Virus record (IMG/VR): IMGVR_UViG_3300031851_000001
Strand: one strand, 5' to 3'
DNA: 64,000 bases
DNA from: a virus
Lineage: Duplodnaviria > Caudoviricetes
Shown here: piece after piece, positions 21,229 through 31,840 of the stretch
Layout of the letters: every line of letters begins with the position of its first letter
Position numbering within the stretch: the stretch's first letter is position 1
Translations under genes and position numbers: made by a program
Notes under the pieces: model-generated
What the model was told of the DNA's origin: nothing
The model's input: the letters and a program-made list of their open reading frames with translations, nothing else
Database searches by the model: none

Positions 21229-22206
21229 TTATGCCTCTAGTTTTAAAACATTAAGTGTTACTGTATGCGCAACTGATGATCCATGTTTACTTCTTACCTT
21301 GACTGGTATGTTTGTAGATGGAGTACTTTCTAAATTATAACCAATGGTTGCAGGCCCAATAATAACAGTTTCGGCACCTGCAGTAATTACCTCGGCAATG
21401 ATACCAGCATCTGTTGCAGGATCTTCTGTTTCGAGTCTAGAATTATCTGCCGCTCTTGCTGAGTTACTTGTATAAAGTGTTACCCACGCAGCATGGCTTG
21501 TTTGAATAGTCATTAATGCGTATGTCTTATGACCAACAATATCAATATCGGTTGAGACACCGTTTGCGATCGCGGCCGTTGTACCGGATACGGCAGCTCG
21601 TGTTGATAAACCACCACTGCCTCCTCCACCACCAACTTCGGAATAATCTGCTAAACGAACCCAAGCACCTGCATGAGCGTAATATGCTTTACCAGTTCCA
21701 TGTACGTGAGCAAACATGCCATGATAGCTTCCCGCAGCAGGTAAGTCACCTTCTGACTGATATACGTTACCAAATAAAACTCTATTACCACCCATATCTA
21801 AATCTGAGCCAGTAACAACACTTATAACTTCAGTATTTGATAAACCGCCACCGCCGCCTGAACCTGAAGCTTGAGGAACCCATTCATAATCAGTTCCTGA
21901 CCACGCTAATACTTGATCCGCAGCCGCTGAACCTATATTCAAATGAGAGTCGACATCAGTATTTCCATACCCACTTTGAAACGTTATATTTCCTTCGCCA
22001 TCAGTTGTAAGAACTTGATTATTTGCACCATCGTTTACAAAGAATAATAAACTGGTTGGCCTGCCAGTTAATGATGTGTATGCACCGTCAAATGCATCGT
22101 CGTATAATTCGGTAAAGTTTTCATTAACTTTAACCATAGCATTTCTTAGTGGATCGCCGAGGCCATCGTTTCCAACCAATCCAACGCCAATCGTTTGCTT
22201 TGCCAT
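21229..22206 (-). CDS. Baseplate wedge / tail fibre connector, gp9/gp10-like
   Basis: N-terminal MAKQTIGVG..GNDGLGDPLRNAMVKVNENFTELY motif of the gp9/gp10 family. Confidence 0.75.
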   Translation of the reverse strand: MAKQTIGVGLVGNDGLGDPLRNAMVKVNENFTELYDDAFDGAYTSLTGRPTSLLFFVNDGANNQVLTTDGEGNITFQSGYGNTDVDSHLNIGSAAADQVLAWSGTDYEWVPQASGSGGGGGLSNTEVISVVTGSDLDMGGNRVLFGNVYQSEGDLPAAGSYHGMFAHVHGTGKAYYAHAGAWVRLADYSEVGGGGGSGGLSTRAAVSGTTAAIANGVSTDIDIVGHKTYALMTIQTSHAAWVTLYTSNSARAADNSRLETEDPATDAGIIAEVITAGAETVIIGPATIGYNLESTPSTNIPVKVRSKHGSSVAHTVTLNVLKLEA

Positions 22207-22241
22207 TTATTTGCTCCTAAAAGTCGTGTTTTATCTATTTA

Positions 22242-24497
22242 TTAAACTGTGTCAACCTTCAAGTTAACCGTGTCTACTGTAATCGTTGTTCTATCTGAAC
22301 TATACCTTGGAATAGTCGGTGATTGATCTGGTCCGACTATTGGATCCCCACCAATTAATGGATCGTTTTTAATTGTTCTACCAAACTTAGCAGTAACACC
22401 AACTATTTGTTTCTTTTTATATGAGAATGCTCCAAATATTCTAGTACCTGCTAAGTGTATATTTTGTTTAAGCGTTTCTTCATATTCTTTAAAGTCAACC
22501 GTTGATTTAATTTGATATGAATATTCTTGATAGAAGTCAGAGTCGTGTACTCTGTTTTGGCTATCGTAATATGTACCGTCTTGCTTGTAACCGTTTACGT
22601 GTGATGTTTCACTTCCCCAGAACCCTGCAGTGATACCTTGAGAGTCTGCGAACAATTGTCCCTTGGCTAATTTTTGTCCTGCTGCGTTAGTAAGGAATAC
22701 TATTTCTTTGTTTAAATAACCAAAGCCAGAGTTTGTAACTCTTACTTCAGATATTCTACCAGTAGCAAATTGAGTACGTGAAGTCATTTCAGCATTTGCC
22801 CCGTAAACATCGGTGGTGTAATCTCTTTCAGTTGCTATGACAGTGTATACCGTTCCTTCGTGGTTAATAGGTGCGGTTCTAAATCCATAATACGCATAAG
22901 GTCTAACTTGGATAAATCCTCTGTCTACATTAATGCCTGTAATAATACCGGATACACTTGTCGATGGTTGTGTGATTGTGTCACCTACCGAAAATGCAGC
23001 ACTGAATGGACTAACGATTAATCGCTGTTCGTATCTATCAAACGCAATCATTACCTCATCTCTAACTAATGTAAATACGTCGTTTACATAATCTTCACCT
23101 GGGTTAATATTTTCAAATGCATCAATCGTACCAATTTCAAATGGCGTTAAATCAAATGCATCCTCTAATGGAGTACTAAGTGTTACAGGATCTGCGGTAC
23201 CTGACATAGGTTGTGTAGCAGGTGCCACATTGTAATTTGCTGCGTTAATTGTTACACCAAGGAAAGGTGCAATAGGGTCTGTAATTAAAGCAATGGTTTC
23301 GATGTTAGAAAGTGTTTCAACTTTAACATCTGTGTTAGCTGATGTATCTGGGTACAACGGTCCCGGAGATGTTTCGTTTTTATCTGAAATACTAAAGACT
23401 GGTTCTATATCAATGTTTGGAGTTCTATCCAATGTTGAAATAGTTCTTCCTATAGCAAAGCTTTCGCCAACATCCATTTTAACACCGACGGCAGAAGAAT
23501 TCTGTCCAATCACTGTACCCTGATTACCGCCACTATCAACTAATCTTTCGAGTGGAGTAAAAGATAAATCTTCGTTATTTAAAATTACAACTTGGTTTGA
23601 AACTTCAAGTCTAGTGTTGGCTATCGTATAACCAAAGCCGCCGTCAGTTAATGTATAATCAACAATACCTGTAAACTCATCTTCAGTATCAGTAACAAGT
23701 GCTACACCGCCTACGCCATAATCGCTTTTAATATAAACTTCGTCACCAATGTTATTACCTGTAGTTCCACCATAGTCAAGGTCTATAGTAATATCAGAAG
23801 CTGACCCATTTAATACACCAAAAGATACATCTTTACTATCTATTCGAGCAACGATATCGTCGTATCTTTTAAACGTACCTTTTAAGTTAGACAGATATAA
23901 AATTGGTGTAAGAGTATTATTTAAAAGAACAAAGTTAATCTTATCAACTGCAGCCTGCGCCTTTGATACGGATCCAATAACCGTTTTACCTAATAAGTCA
24001 GAGTATTCGTAATATTTTTCGCCAGACCTATCGTAAAATAATCCATTGTTTGGAATCATTTGTAAATAATTACCGGTTTGCCATTTAGAATTTGATGGTT
24101 TTAAAACATATTTAGACGGATTAAAAATTTCTACATCTTCTTGGTAAAACATTCTAAAGAATAAAACAACACTGGCCGATGAACCTTTGCGTCTATATAA
24201 ATCTAATATATTTTTGACAACTAATCGTACGCTTGTATCTTCTAATAAAGGTAAATCCGCTAAAAACTTTTTCTGAAAGAATAAGATCATACTCGATAGT
24301 GTTGTAGTAATATCGCGATACTCAAATAATCTTCGCGTATTATACACGTGCTGATTAGGTGTTGTTTCTAGAAACTTATAATAGTCAGTGACAAGGGAAA
24401 CAAGCTCATCATTATTCTCTCTGTAAATCGCAGGAAATTGTTGCGCGATTTTAAAAGATATTTGCTTTTCTACTTCTTTGGTATTGCTAACGGGCAT
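22242..24497 (-). CDS. gp7: Baseplate wedge initiator gp7-like
   Basis: IAQQFPAIYRE...VTDYYKFLE...LYRRKGSSASVVLFFRMFY and C-terminal HDSDFYQEYSYQIKS; located directly after gp6. Confidence 0.75.
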   Translation of the reverse strand: MPVSNTKEVEKQISFKIAQQFPAIYRENNDELVSLVTDYYKFLETTPNQHVYNTRRLFEYRDITTTLSSMILFFQKKFLADLPLLEDTSVRLVVKNILDLYRRKGSSASVVLFFRMFYQEDVEIFNPSKYVLKPSNSKWQTGNYLQMIPNNGLFYDRSGEKYYEYSDLLGKTVIGSVSKAQAAVDKINFVLLNNTLTPILYLSNLKGTFKRYDDIVARIDSKDVSFGVLNGSASDITIDLDYGGTTGNNIGDEVYIKSDYGVGGVALVTDTEDEFTGIVDYTLTDGGFGYTIANTRLEVSNQVVILNNEDLSFTPLERLVDSGGNQGTVIGQNSSAVGVKMDVGESFAIGRTISTLDRTPNIDIEPVFSISDKNETSPGPLYPDTSANTDVKVETLSNIETIALITDPIAPFLGVTINAANYNVAPATQPMSGTADPVTLSTPLEDAFDLTPFEIGTIDAFENINPGEDYVNDVFTLVRDEVMIAFDRYEQRLIVSPFSAAFSVGDTITQPSTSVSGIITGINVDRGFIQVRPYAYYGFRTAPINHEGTVYTVIATERDYTTDVYGANAEMTSRTQFATGRISEVRVTNSGFGYLNKEIVFLTNAAGQKLAKGQLFADSQGITAGFWGSETSHVNGYKQDGTYYDSQNRVHDSDFYQEYSYQIKSTVDFKEYEETLKQNIHLAGTRIFGAFSYKKKQIVGVTAKFGRTIKNDPLIGGDPIVGPDQSPTIPRYSSDRTTITVDTVNLKVDTV

Positions 24498-26289
24498 TTG
24501 TTTGTGAACCTGTAAGTTTAATTGTTACATCAGAATTTTTAATTCCAAATATTCTTCCTGCTGGGGCTTTAATATCGCTTGATACTGTATTGGCCATTAT
24601 CTTAATACCTGCGCCGATATAGTTGTCAGCAATAAATCCAACTAAGTTAACTTCGCCAGTTTGGTAATTGACGCTTCCAACAATTGGTTTGATAACTTTG
24701 GGATTTGCAATATCATTAGCAATGACTTGAATATTTCCTCGGCCGTCGTCTTGTAGATATACATCAGTACCATTAAGAGTATATACACCGCTTTTAATTG
24801 CAGGTTTATAATCATTGAACCCGTCCTCTGTATCAAAAGGATATGGTTTAACGAGTGCAGCTTCAAACTTAAACGATGGGTTAAGAGCAATACCTAATGC
24901 TGGCGAATACTCAATGTAAGGCATAATACTAATCGTTGTACCAATGATTGATGTTTCTAACGCGTCAATCGACGTTGTTAATTTAGAAATCCTTGCAAAA
25001 GTATTAAAGTCATCTAAGTAAGTATCACTATAGAGTTTAATTGCGTCTCTTATTAATATCTCTAAGTCACCTTCAGATTTACTTGTAAGCTTAGGATTAT
25101 AAGTTACTTCAGCTGTCGTACAACCATATAAGAATTTAGATGGAACAAATACTGGCTCAATAGCCAATGGGCTTCTATCTTTTAAGTATTCAATATAAGT
25201 ATTTGATAGCGTTGTAGATAAGCTTGTTTGGTTTTGTCCAAGGTATACTGAAATCGCAACTTTACCAAATTGTGGTGGTTCTAAATCTTCGCCACCATAT
25301 GCAGCAACTGATTGAATTTCAGGGAAGTTTGATTTTAATAAGATTTCGTAATCAGATGTTGTTACTGCACGTTCTTGGATTTGTAATGATTTAGGAGCAA
25401 AGTATCGAATGCTTTCCATTGTTTCACGTTCAGCACCATTACTTGCACTCTGTATTGTTTCAACTACCGCTGAGCCGTATGTAGTTGGGAGTGAAAATGC
25501 AAACGCACCATTACCTTCAACGCCTGATGTAATTCTATAACGTACTCTAATATCTTCAAATTCTTCAGGTTGGAAACCAAATACATTATTACCAAAGTAA
25601 ATAGTATATCTTCCATCAATATATGGCTCAATATAAAATACTTTATCTGTTGGTCCTACACCAAAAATATCATTCTTACGTAGGAATACATTTTCGTTTT
25701 CAGTAGCTTCAGCGTCAACGAATACAGAAATAGACTCAGTGTCTGCGTTTTCGTTTGAAAGTGTTACCCTTAAAATGCCATCGTCGTCAACAAAGAAACC
25801 TTCACGTTCAAAGCTAGCTAGCATCTGGCCTTCAAAAATTTCAACGTTTTCAGCAACGAATGTTTGAGGTGCGGTTTTCTTGGCAACATATGTTTGGTCT
25901 GTAACGAACTCAAAATTTTCGCCATTATAAACAGTTGTGAAAGGCGAGTACTGAGGAATTGTAATCGACTGACCTTCAGCATTCGCATCTGTAATCGTAA
26001 CCTTAACGATAGCCTTTGCCGATCGTCTAGATCTTGGTAGATAGTTTAATTCTTTTGCATGTGAAACAATAGAGTTTCTTAATACGGCAGAGTCAAGGAA
26101 CATTTCATTAACTGCCATATTTGTATAGAAGTTATTTTGGTATGTATTGTATGCCAACACGTCAAGCAATACCGACATGTTTGAACCTTCAAAGTTATAA
26201 TCTTTGAATTGAGTTTGTGATTGTAAGTATTCTTTAAACTGATTTTTAACCGCGTCAAAATCTAGTTCTGAAATATTTAACTTTGCCAT
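24487..26289 (-). CDS. gp6: Baseplate wedge subunit gp6
   Basis: ELDFDAVKNQFKEYLQSQTQFKDYNFEGSNMSVLLDVLAYNTY...EMFLDSA; QERAVTTSDY. Confidence 0.95.
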   Translation of the reverse strand: MAKLNISELDFDAVKNQFKEYLQSQTQFKDYNFEGSNMSVLLDVLAYNTYQNNFYTNMAVNEMFLDSAVLRNSIVSHAKELNYLPRSRRSAKAIVKVTITDANAEGQSITIPQYSPFTTVYNGENFEFVTDQTYVAKKTAPQTFVAENVEIFEGQMLASFEREGFFVDDDGILRVTLSNENADTESISVFVDAEATENENVFLRKNDIFGVGPTDKVFYIEPYIDGRYTIYFGNNVFGFQPEEFEDIRVRYRITSGVEGNGAFAFSLPTTYGSAVVETIQSASNGAERETMESIRYFAPKSLQIQERAVTTSDYEILLKSNFPEIQSVAAYGGEDLEPPQFGKVAISVYLGQNQTSLSTTLSNTYIEYLKDRSPLAIEPVFVPSKFLYGCTTAEVTYNPKLTSKSEGDLEILIRDAIKLYSDTYLDDFNTFARISKLTTSIDALETSIIGTTISIMPYIEYSPALGIALNPSFKFEAALVKPYPFDTEDGFNDYKPAIKSGVYTLNGTDVYLQDDGRGNIQVIANDIANPKVIKPIVGSVNYQTGEVNLVGFIADNYIGAGIKIMANTVSSDIKAPAGRIFGIKNSDVTIKLTGSQTNAR

Positions 26290-26290
26290 T

Positions 26291-26707
26291 TTATCTAGTC
26301 CTCTCTAGAAATACGTCAACAGATATAGGTTGCTGATTATTTGATATGTAAAAATGAACCTGTATCTTTACAACGTTATCATCAATATTTGAAGTTACTA
26401 AAACGTCAATGATCTCTGCTCTTGGTTCGTATAAATCGAGCGTTGTACGTACTTGATCTTCTATCATTACTAACACACCGGGTGTTATATTTTCAAAAAG
26501 CATTGCCCGCAAATTACCACCAATTGCTGGCTGCATTAGTCTTTCGCCACGATCAGTCAATAACAAATTAATTATTGCTTCTTTTACCGCGTCTTCATCT
26601 TTGTTTACAGTAAGATCTAATGACAATGGGCTAACTTCAAGGCTTTTCTTAAAGTCAGAATATATAGAGATCTTCTTTTGTCTCTGTGATAATAAGTTTA
26701 CGACCAT
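26291..26707 (-). CDS. gp25: Baseplate wedge subunit gp25
   Basis: YSDF...DEDAVKEAIINLLLTDRGERLMQPAIGGNL...YEPRA. Confidence 0.93.
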   Translation of the reverse strand: MVVNLLSQRQKKISIYSDFKKSLEVSPLSLDLTVNKDEDAVKEAIINLLLTDRGERLMQPAIGGNLRAMLFENITPGVLVMIEDQVRTTLDLYEPRAEIIDVLVTSNIDDNVVKIQVHFYISNNQQPISVDVFLERTR

Positions 26708-26732
26708 TTGTCTGTGTCCAATGCTTTACAGT

Positions 26733-26740
26733 TATTTATA
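26733..26740 (-). promoter_or_regulatory. Late promoter TATAAATA
   Basis: Exact octamer upstream of gp25. Confidence 0.8.
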
Positions 26741-26755
26741 TGAAAATGTATCATC

Positions 26756-28429
26756 CTATCGTCTCGAATCTGGCCATGTAGCACAGTATGATCTTAAATC
26801 TAAGTGTATAAAACTATTATAATAGCCAACACCATTAAAACCTATTCCATTAGCAATATCTCGTATTGGGCTTTCATTGATTTCAGTTGGTGATAAGCAC
26901 GTTAAATCCCCTCTAGCCTGTCTAACTACTTCTTTAACTTTGGCGCCATCAATGTGATAACTACTCCAAGAAATGTCAACCGCTAATCCTGAAGTGTGCT
27001 GTGAAATTTTTGCAACAGTGCCATCAGATTTTCCACCATTTCTATCTAACATTCTCTGGTATAATACATCTTGAAATTCTTGTGATCTATAACCACTGTG
27101 CAAAATAAATGGTGCACTCATATTTGCAAGTTTGTGAAGTTGTATTAGTTTAGCTCGAGTTTTTAGCTGTAAGCCTTCCCAACCACCGCGTGTATTAGCA
27201 GATGATCCAACTTTAGGTTTAATAATAGGATGCTTTCCATCTTTAATTTGATCCCACGTTGGTATTTCACTATATTCTTTATCTAATTCAAATGCATTTC
27301 CAGCTACCGTAAACAAATCATCAGCTTCTTCAATCGCCTTTTTGCGCGTTTCATCATCAAAACGAATACCGCCAGCCTTTACGACTGCGGCTGTAGTAAC
27401 TCCAGAATTTGCCTTTAACATATCAATACCATTTAAAAATGTATCAGCAGTTTTATCTAATGGATCTTTAAGACCTTGGACTAACGTTTCAATACCTGCA
27501 GCGAAACCACATATGCGAGATATTAAAAACATAATTTCTTCAACTGAAGGATTATCAAACAATCCAACTGCGTAATCAATCATACCTTTAATTTTGTTTT
27601 CAATCTTTTTAATATTTTCTTCGCTAAAGAAACCCATAATACCTTCTTGCAAATTTACAAGTTTGGATTCAATAGTATTCTTTATAAAAGTTTCAGCTCT
27701 TTTAATAACTTCAGCTGGGTTAAAATTTTCAACAGCGCTTTTAATTTTATTTACAACACCCATAACAGCTTTAGTAACTTTTTCTTTGATTGCATCAATA
27801 AGTGCCTTTACTTTAATTGCATCAAATAAAGCTTTTATTGGATCTTTAATATTTCGTATTTTACTAATAAAACTAAGCGCATCTTGAAGAAGTCCATCTA
27901 TCTGTCCAATAATACCAAAGAATGCGCCAATAGCTCCAAACACGTTTGGCATTGTTCCACAAAATCCACCCATTATAGAAGTAGCAAATCCACCTCTTAA
28001 ATAATCATCGAGGCTTTGTAAAAACTTAGGTGGATTTTGATTTGCTATAAAGTTAGAAGTAATAGGAGTCATACTACTATCAGCAAGAAAAAGCGCATAC
28101 TCAACAGGGGTTAAAACAACATTACCACCAGCCGCATCACTTTTAATTTTAAGTATTTCGTATTTAGGTATTTGTTCTTTAGAAAACTCAGATTGTAATA
28201 CTGCATTAATTGAAGCAAGATTTGTATAAAAGTCAGGGAACTGAGCAACGGCACGAGTTAATGGATCACCTACGACACTGTTAGATATACTATCTTGAAA
28301 CTCTTTTTCAAAAACTTCTATTTGCGATAACGTAAATTCGCCATTACCATTTGATGTTGAAGTTGCCGAAGATTGTTCTACGCGTAATTCATCTGGAGTT
28401 AAGCAATCTACTGTTGTTTCTATACTCAT
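26756..28429 (-). CDS. Baseplate-associated protein with C-terminal peptidase M15 (cell-wall hydrolase) domain
   Basis: HSGYRSQ...SQHTSGLAVDI...GFNGVGYYNSFIHLDLR zinc D-Ala-D-Ala/L-Ala-D-Glu peptidase motifs; ~400-aa helical N-terminus. Confidence 0.75.
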   Translation of the reverse strand: MSIETTVDCLTPDELRVEQSSATSTSNGNGEFTLSQIEVFEKEFQDSISNSVVGDPLTRAVAQFPDFYTNLASINAVLQSEFSKEQIPKYEILKIKSDAAGGNVVLTPVEYALFLADSSMTPITSNFIANQNPPKFLQSLDDYLRGGFATSIMGGFCGTMPNVFGAIGAFFGIIGQIDGLLQDALSFISKIRNIKDPIKALFDAIKVKALIDAIKEKVTKAVMGVVNKIKSAVENFNPAEVIKRAETFIKNTIESKLVNLQEGIMGFFSEENIKKIENKIKGMIDYAVGLFDNPSVEEIMFLISRICGFAAGIETLVQGLKDPLDKTADTFLNGIDMLKANSGVTTAAVVKAGGIRFDDETRKKAIEEADDLFTVAGNAFELDKEYSEIPTWDQIKDGKHPIIKPKVGSSANTRGGWEGLQLKTRAKLIQLHKLANMSAPFILHSGYRSQEFQDVLYQRMLDRNGGKSDGTVAKISQHTSGLAVDISWSSYHIDGAKVKEVVRQARGDLTCLSPTEINESPIRDIANGIGFNGVGYYNSFIHLDLRSYCATWPDSRR

Positions 28430-29829
28430 TACCTCGGTCCTCCATTATTGTCATCACCGGCAGTTAAACCTCCACCGCCAACTGATACCGGATCTTCAGG
28501 ATTAATTGCGGTTGATTTTGTAACAGGCTCTGGCGCTTCAATAGGTGTAGCATCTTTTGAAGGTTCAGCAGGAAACGCGCTTTCTGGAGCAACTGAACTA
28601 CCATTTGCCATTTCTACATAATCGTCAATATGTACAGTAGTACCACTTACATGTACGAGGCCATCTGAACCCATACTTAATACACCATCACCTTTAATGT
28701 TAAGTGATGCAGTTCCGTTAATACGAGCAGCTTCAGAAAATATATCAAGTTCTGATGTAGCTTCCATAAAAGTAAGATCTGATTTTAAATGTAATTCGCT
28801 CAATGCTTCCATGTATATTTTGTCAGACTTAATATAAGTACCTTGACCAGATTGGAATTGAATTTCTTTACCAGCTTTTATAATAAGAGAACTAACATTC
28901 GCTTCAAGTTTTACATCGGCTGCTCTAATTTGAGCTTGTTCACCAGCAACTAAAGTAGATTGACCACCTACTGAAAGTAAATGATTACCATGAACTAATG
29001 TTTGCAAATCACCATCAATTTCTTCAGTCTTGTTACCTTTGACTTTAACATATGAATTACCATTGATAGTTACTGTACTAAAGCCACCGCCCATTCCACC
29101 AACTACTTTATGTTCGTTTCTATCTAATACGTCATACTGATCTGACACTGCTTTGTTGACAACAACACCGCGTGAGTCTATTGACATATAAGAACCTTCT
29201 TTATGATATATAAGAATTCTTTCATTGTTTGGCGTATCGTCTAGTTCAATAACATGAGCACCTGACTCAAAAACTCTATTAAAAGGATATTCTGATTGAA
29301 CTGACGGTGACGGCTCAGTCCAATTTCTTTCAGGATCGCCACCCATTTCAACATTTTGAACTCTTGCGCCGTTTTGTGATGAAACAGAAGTCTCGTCCAT
29401 ATATTCAACTCGTGAACGTCGCGAGTTTTGCGGTTGCCCAAAGTCTTCTGGCGCAGATCCACGAGCAAGTAGCTTAGCAGCTTTTGCTGGAATACTTCCC
29501 CACCCGTTTGCCTTTGGATTAATTACTTGTGTATATTGTGTTGGAATTAATCCAAGCACCATTGGTTGTTGAGCACCTTCGCCGTCAAGGAACATGCCAA
29601 ATACAAAACTATTTACTGCAGGCATTCCTAAACCGGGTGTACCATTTGGATCGTAATCGCCTTTAACAACAACGGCCCAAGGCAAGTCTTCTGTGCGAAT
29701 ATCTGTATTTAAACCGTGAATACCAAACGCACGAACTTTAACTCGTCCTTCTTTACGTGGATCTACGTTTTCCTCAATAACACCAACAAAGAATAGTGGG
29801 TTTCGTATTCCTTTACCATAATCAAACAT
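28429..29829 (-). CDS. gp5: Baseplate hub/central spike gp5 (no lysozyme domain)
   Basis: OB-fold FVGVIEENVDPRKEGRVKVRAFGIH..DLPWA; YPFNRVFESGAHVIELDDTPNNERILIYHKEGS; C-terminal beta-helix repeats. Confidence 0.9.
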   Translation of the reverse strand: MFDYGKGIRNPLFFVGVIEENVDPRKEGRVKVRAFGIHGLNTDIRTEDLPWAVVVKGDYDPNGTPGLGMPAVNSFVFGMFLDGEGAQQPMVLGLIPTQYTQVINPKANGWGSIPAKAAKLLARGSAPEDFGQPQNSRRSRVEYMDETSVSSQNGARVQNVEMGGDPERNWTEPSPSVQSEYPFNRVFESGAHVIELDDTPNNERILIYHKEGSYMSIDSRGVVVNKAVSDQYDVLDRNEHKVVGGMGGGFSTVTINGNSYVKVKGNKTEEIDGDLQTLVHGNHLLSVGGQSTLVAGEQAQIRAADVKLEANVSSLIIKAGKEIQFQSGQGTYIKSDKIYMEALSELHLKSDLTFMEATSELDIFSEAARINGTASLNIKGDGVLSMGSDGLVHVSGTTVHIDDYVEMANGSSVAPESAFPAEPSKDATPIEAPEPVTKSTAINPEDPVSVGGGGLTAGDDNNGGPR

Positions 29830-31204
29830 TTATATCACCTTTACTCCAACCAAACTTTTGCAGTCTTAAACCGCAATGTAAAGTTCCTTTATCATCTCTA
29901 TTATGGTTTACAGTTTCAACCAAGTACTTCCCAGACATTGTTGTATTTTTTTCTAATTTGTCAACTCCATCTAAATTTTTAATATCTAAATTAACTATCA
30001 TTCCGGGTCTAATATCTAAACGACCTTTCATTTTGGCTGATAACAATGTTTTATTTAAATGATGTCTATAAGAAAGTCTGTTAGCAATAATTTGTGGTAT
30101 AAACCTGTCAGTATGTAAAGCACTTGGTATATCGCCACTTTGTTGATAATCTTTAAACACTAAAAAGTCTTTGGCATTTTCATCTGTAAATGTATCATCT
30201 CTAAAACTTGATGTATGTGTATCGTCTGTTAAGTCACGTGGTGACCCTGACATATCAATATATTTGGCATTCTTGTCGTATGACCAAATGTTTGTAACTA
30301 ACTTTCTTCTGACTAAATCAATTTCAGTTGTTTTATTTTTATATGCGCCAGAAAGCATATCAGCCGCAGTGTTTAAACCTTTATTAATAATAGTTAACTC
30401 ATCAATTCTATTAATTTGATCTATAGGCTTTCGTGGGTCGTTAGAAGAAGCCGGTGAATAAAACAAATCAATTATTTCTTTTCTTTGTGCGGTTTTAATA
30501 AAGTATTCGTCTGTGCAAAAATAAAAGTTGTCTACTGTTTCAAAAAACTTAAACGAACAAGATGGAGTTTCTGGCTGAAAGCTCATGTTTGATAAAAATT
30601 GCATAGCCTGCGTTGGAAGATAATTGGGTATAGTACAGTTAGTCATATTCGTTGTTGGCTGCAAAATAAAATTTCTATTTTCTTCTTCGGTAATTGGCAT
30701 TACATACGCAGCATATTCTAAAGGACGATTAGTAACAGGATCCAAATATTTCTTTCCGCCGAGCGGTCCAAAATACGTATTAAACAATTCGCGAGCAATT
30801 TGATCCATAGACTTTTGCTTAAACGCTTTAATAATTCTACGTTTGCTAGCTTTATAAGTTAAATTTGAAACGAAATTAATATTAAATAACAGCTTACTGC
30901 TTGATTCATCTACTGATATACTATCAATACTATATGTGTGTGTCTTTAAATTAACTTCTGTATTAAAATCATGACCTACAAATTTTAATTCGAGCGTTTC
31001 TTCACCACGAATTGGAAAGCTTTCAAACAAACCAATACTATCAAGTAAAGTTAGCGAACCGTTGTAGCTAGCACTACTCATCGTTTGACTTAAACTAAAG
31101 GACACAATTTGTGCCGTGATGTTTTCTGATTTGCTACCATCGTGCGATGTCATTATTGCTTCAACAACATCTGCCGTTCCCGGATTAAATTGTGTATCTG
31201 CCAT
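29822..31204 (-). CDS. Baseplate hub protein, gp27-like
   Basis: Immediately upstream of gp5; GSLTLLDSIGLFESFPIRGEETL and C-terminal GRLDIRPGMIVNL...SGKYLVETVNH are typical of hub proteins. Confidence 0.65.
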   Translation of the reverse strand: MADTQFNPGTADVVEAIMTSHDGSKSENITAQIVSFSLSQTMSSASYNGSLTLLDSIGLFESFPIRGEETLELKFVGHDFNTEVNLKTHTYSIDSISVDESSSKLLFNINFVSNLTYKASKRRIIKAFKQKSMDQIARELFNTYFGPLGGKKYLDPVTNRPLEYAAYVMPITEEENRNFILQPTTNMTNCTIPNYLPTQAMQFLSNMSFQPETPSCSFKFFETVDNFYFCTDEYFIKTAQRKEIIDLFYSPASSNDPRKPIDQINRIDELTIINKGLNTAADMLSGAYKNKTTEIDLVRRKLVTNIWSYDKNAKYIDMSGSPRDLTDDTHTSSFRDDTFTDENAKDFLVFKDYQQSGDIPSALHTDRFIPQIIANRLSYRHHLNKTLLSAKMKGRLDIRPGMIVNLDIKNLDGVDKLEKNTTMSGKYLVETVNHNRDDKGTLHCGLRLQKFGWSKGDINV

Positions 31205-31461
31205 TATTTGCTACGCATTTTCTTTCTAAACGAATCGGTAACTTGTGGTAAATAAGCGTTATCCACCAAAAAGATTTCTTTTTTATTATTGTTATCGGCT
31301 AATTCCTGATCGTAAACTCTCCAAGGTTTCCATTCATCTGGAATAATACGTTTAATAATAATCTTACGTCCTTGTTCTGTACGTAAAATAATCCGGTCTT
31401 CCTTACGTAAATAAATCGTTCGGAATGACTCGGGAGCAAGTTTAACAATATCAACTGCCAT
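31204..31461 (-). CDS. C-terminal part of gp53 encoded as a separate ORF
   Basis: Ends VYDQELADNNNKKEIFLVDNAYLPQVTDSF, matching the gp53 C-terminal YExExxxNxxKRxIxL motif; has its own RBS (GAGGT). Confidence 0.65.
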   Translation of the reverse strand: MAVDIVKLAPESFRTIYLRKEDRIILRTEQGRKIIIKRIIPDEWKPWRVYDQELADNNNKKEIFLVDNAYLPQVTDSFRKKMRSK

Positions 31462-31465
31462 TTAG

Positions 31466-31840
31466 TTATACCTCTTTATAATAGTATAGGATGTTTTCAG
31501 GGTTATCATCCTTCGTCCAATCAACAATATCTTCACCAACTAATCCTGAGGCTTCGCCATACTTTGCAATTAAATAATTATTAAAGTCTTGTTCTGATTT
31601 AGGCCAATCGTGGTATGGGTCCAGCATAGAATTTGCGAAATATACAACCCACGTGTAATCAACACTGCCATAATAAAATTCAGCAATGTCTTCTGGTCTC
31701 TCACCTTCTTTAACAGTATATGGTAAATACATTAAAGGATTGTTAGAGACTTCTTTTGTAAAGTTAGTACGTCTAGTAATATCTCGTACTAATTTGCCTT
31801 CGTATTCTATTAAAGGAAAGTTTTCAAAATATTTTGCCAT
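31466..31840 (-). CDS. gp53: Baseplate wedge gp53, N-terminal part
   Basis: MAKYFENFP...YTVKEGERPEDIAEFYYGSVDYTWVVYFAN...DPYHDWP (LysM-like gp53). Confidence 0.85.
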   Translation of the reverse strand: MAKYFENFPLIEYEGKLVRDITRRTNFTKEVSNNPLMYLPYTVKEGERPEDIAEFYYGSVDYTWVVYFANSMLDPYHDWPKSEQDFNNYLIAKYGEASGLVGEDIVDWTKDDNPENILYYYKEV

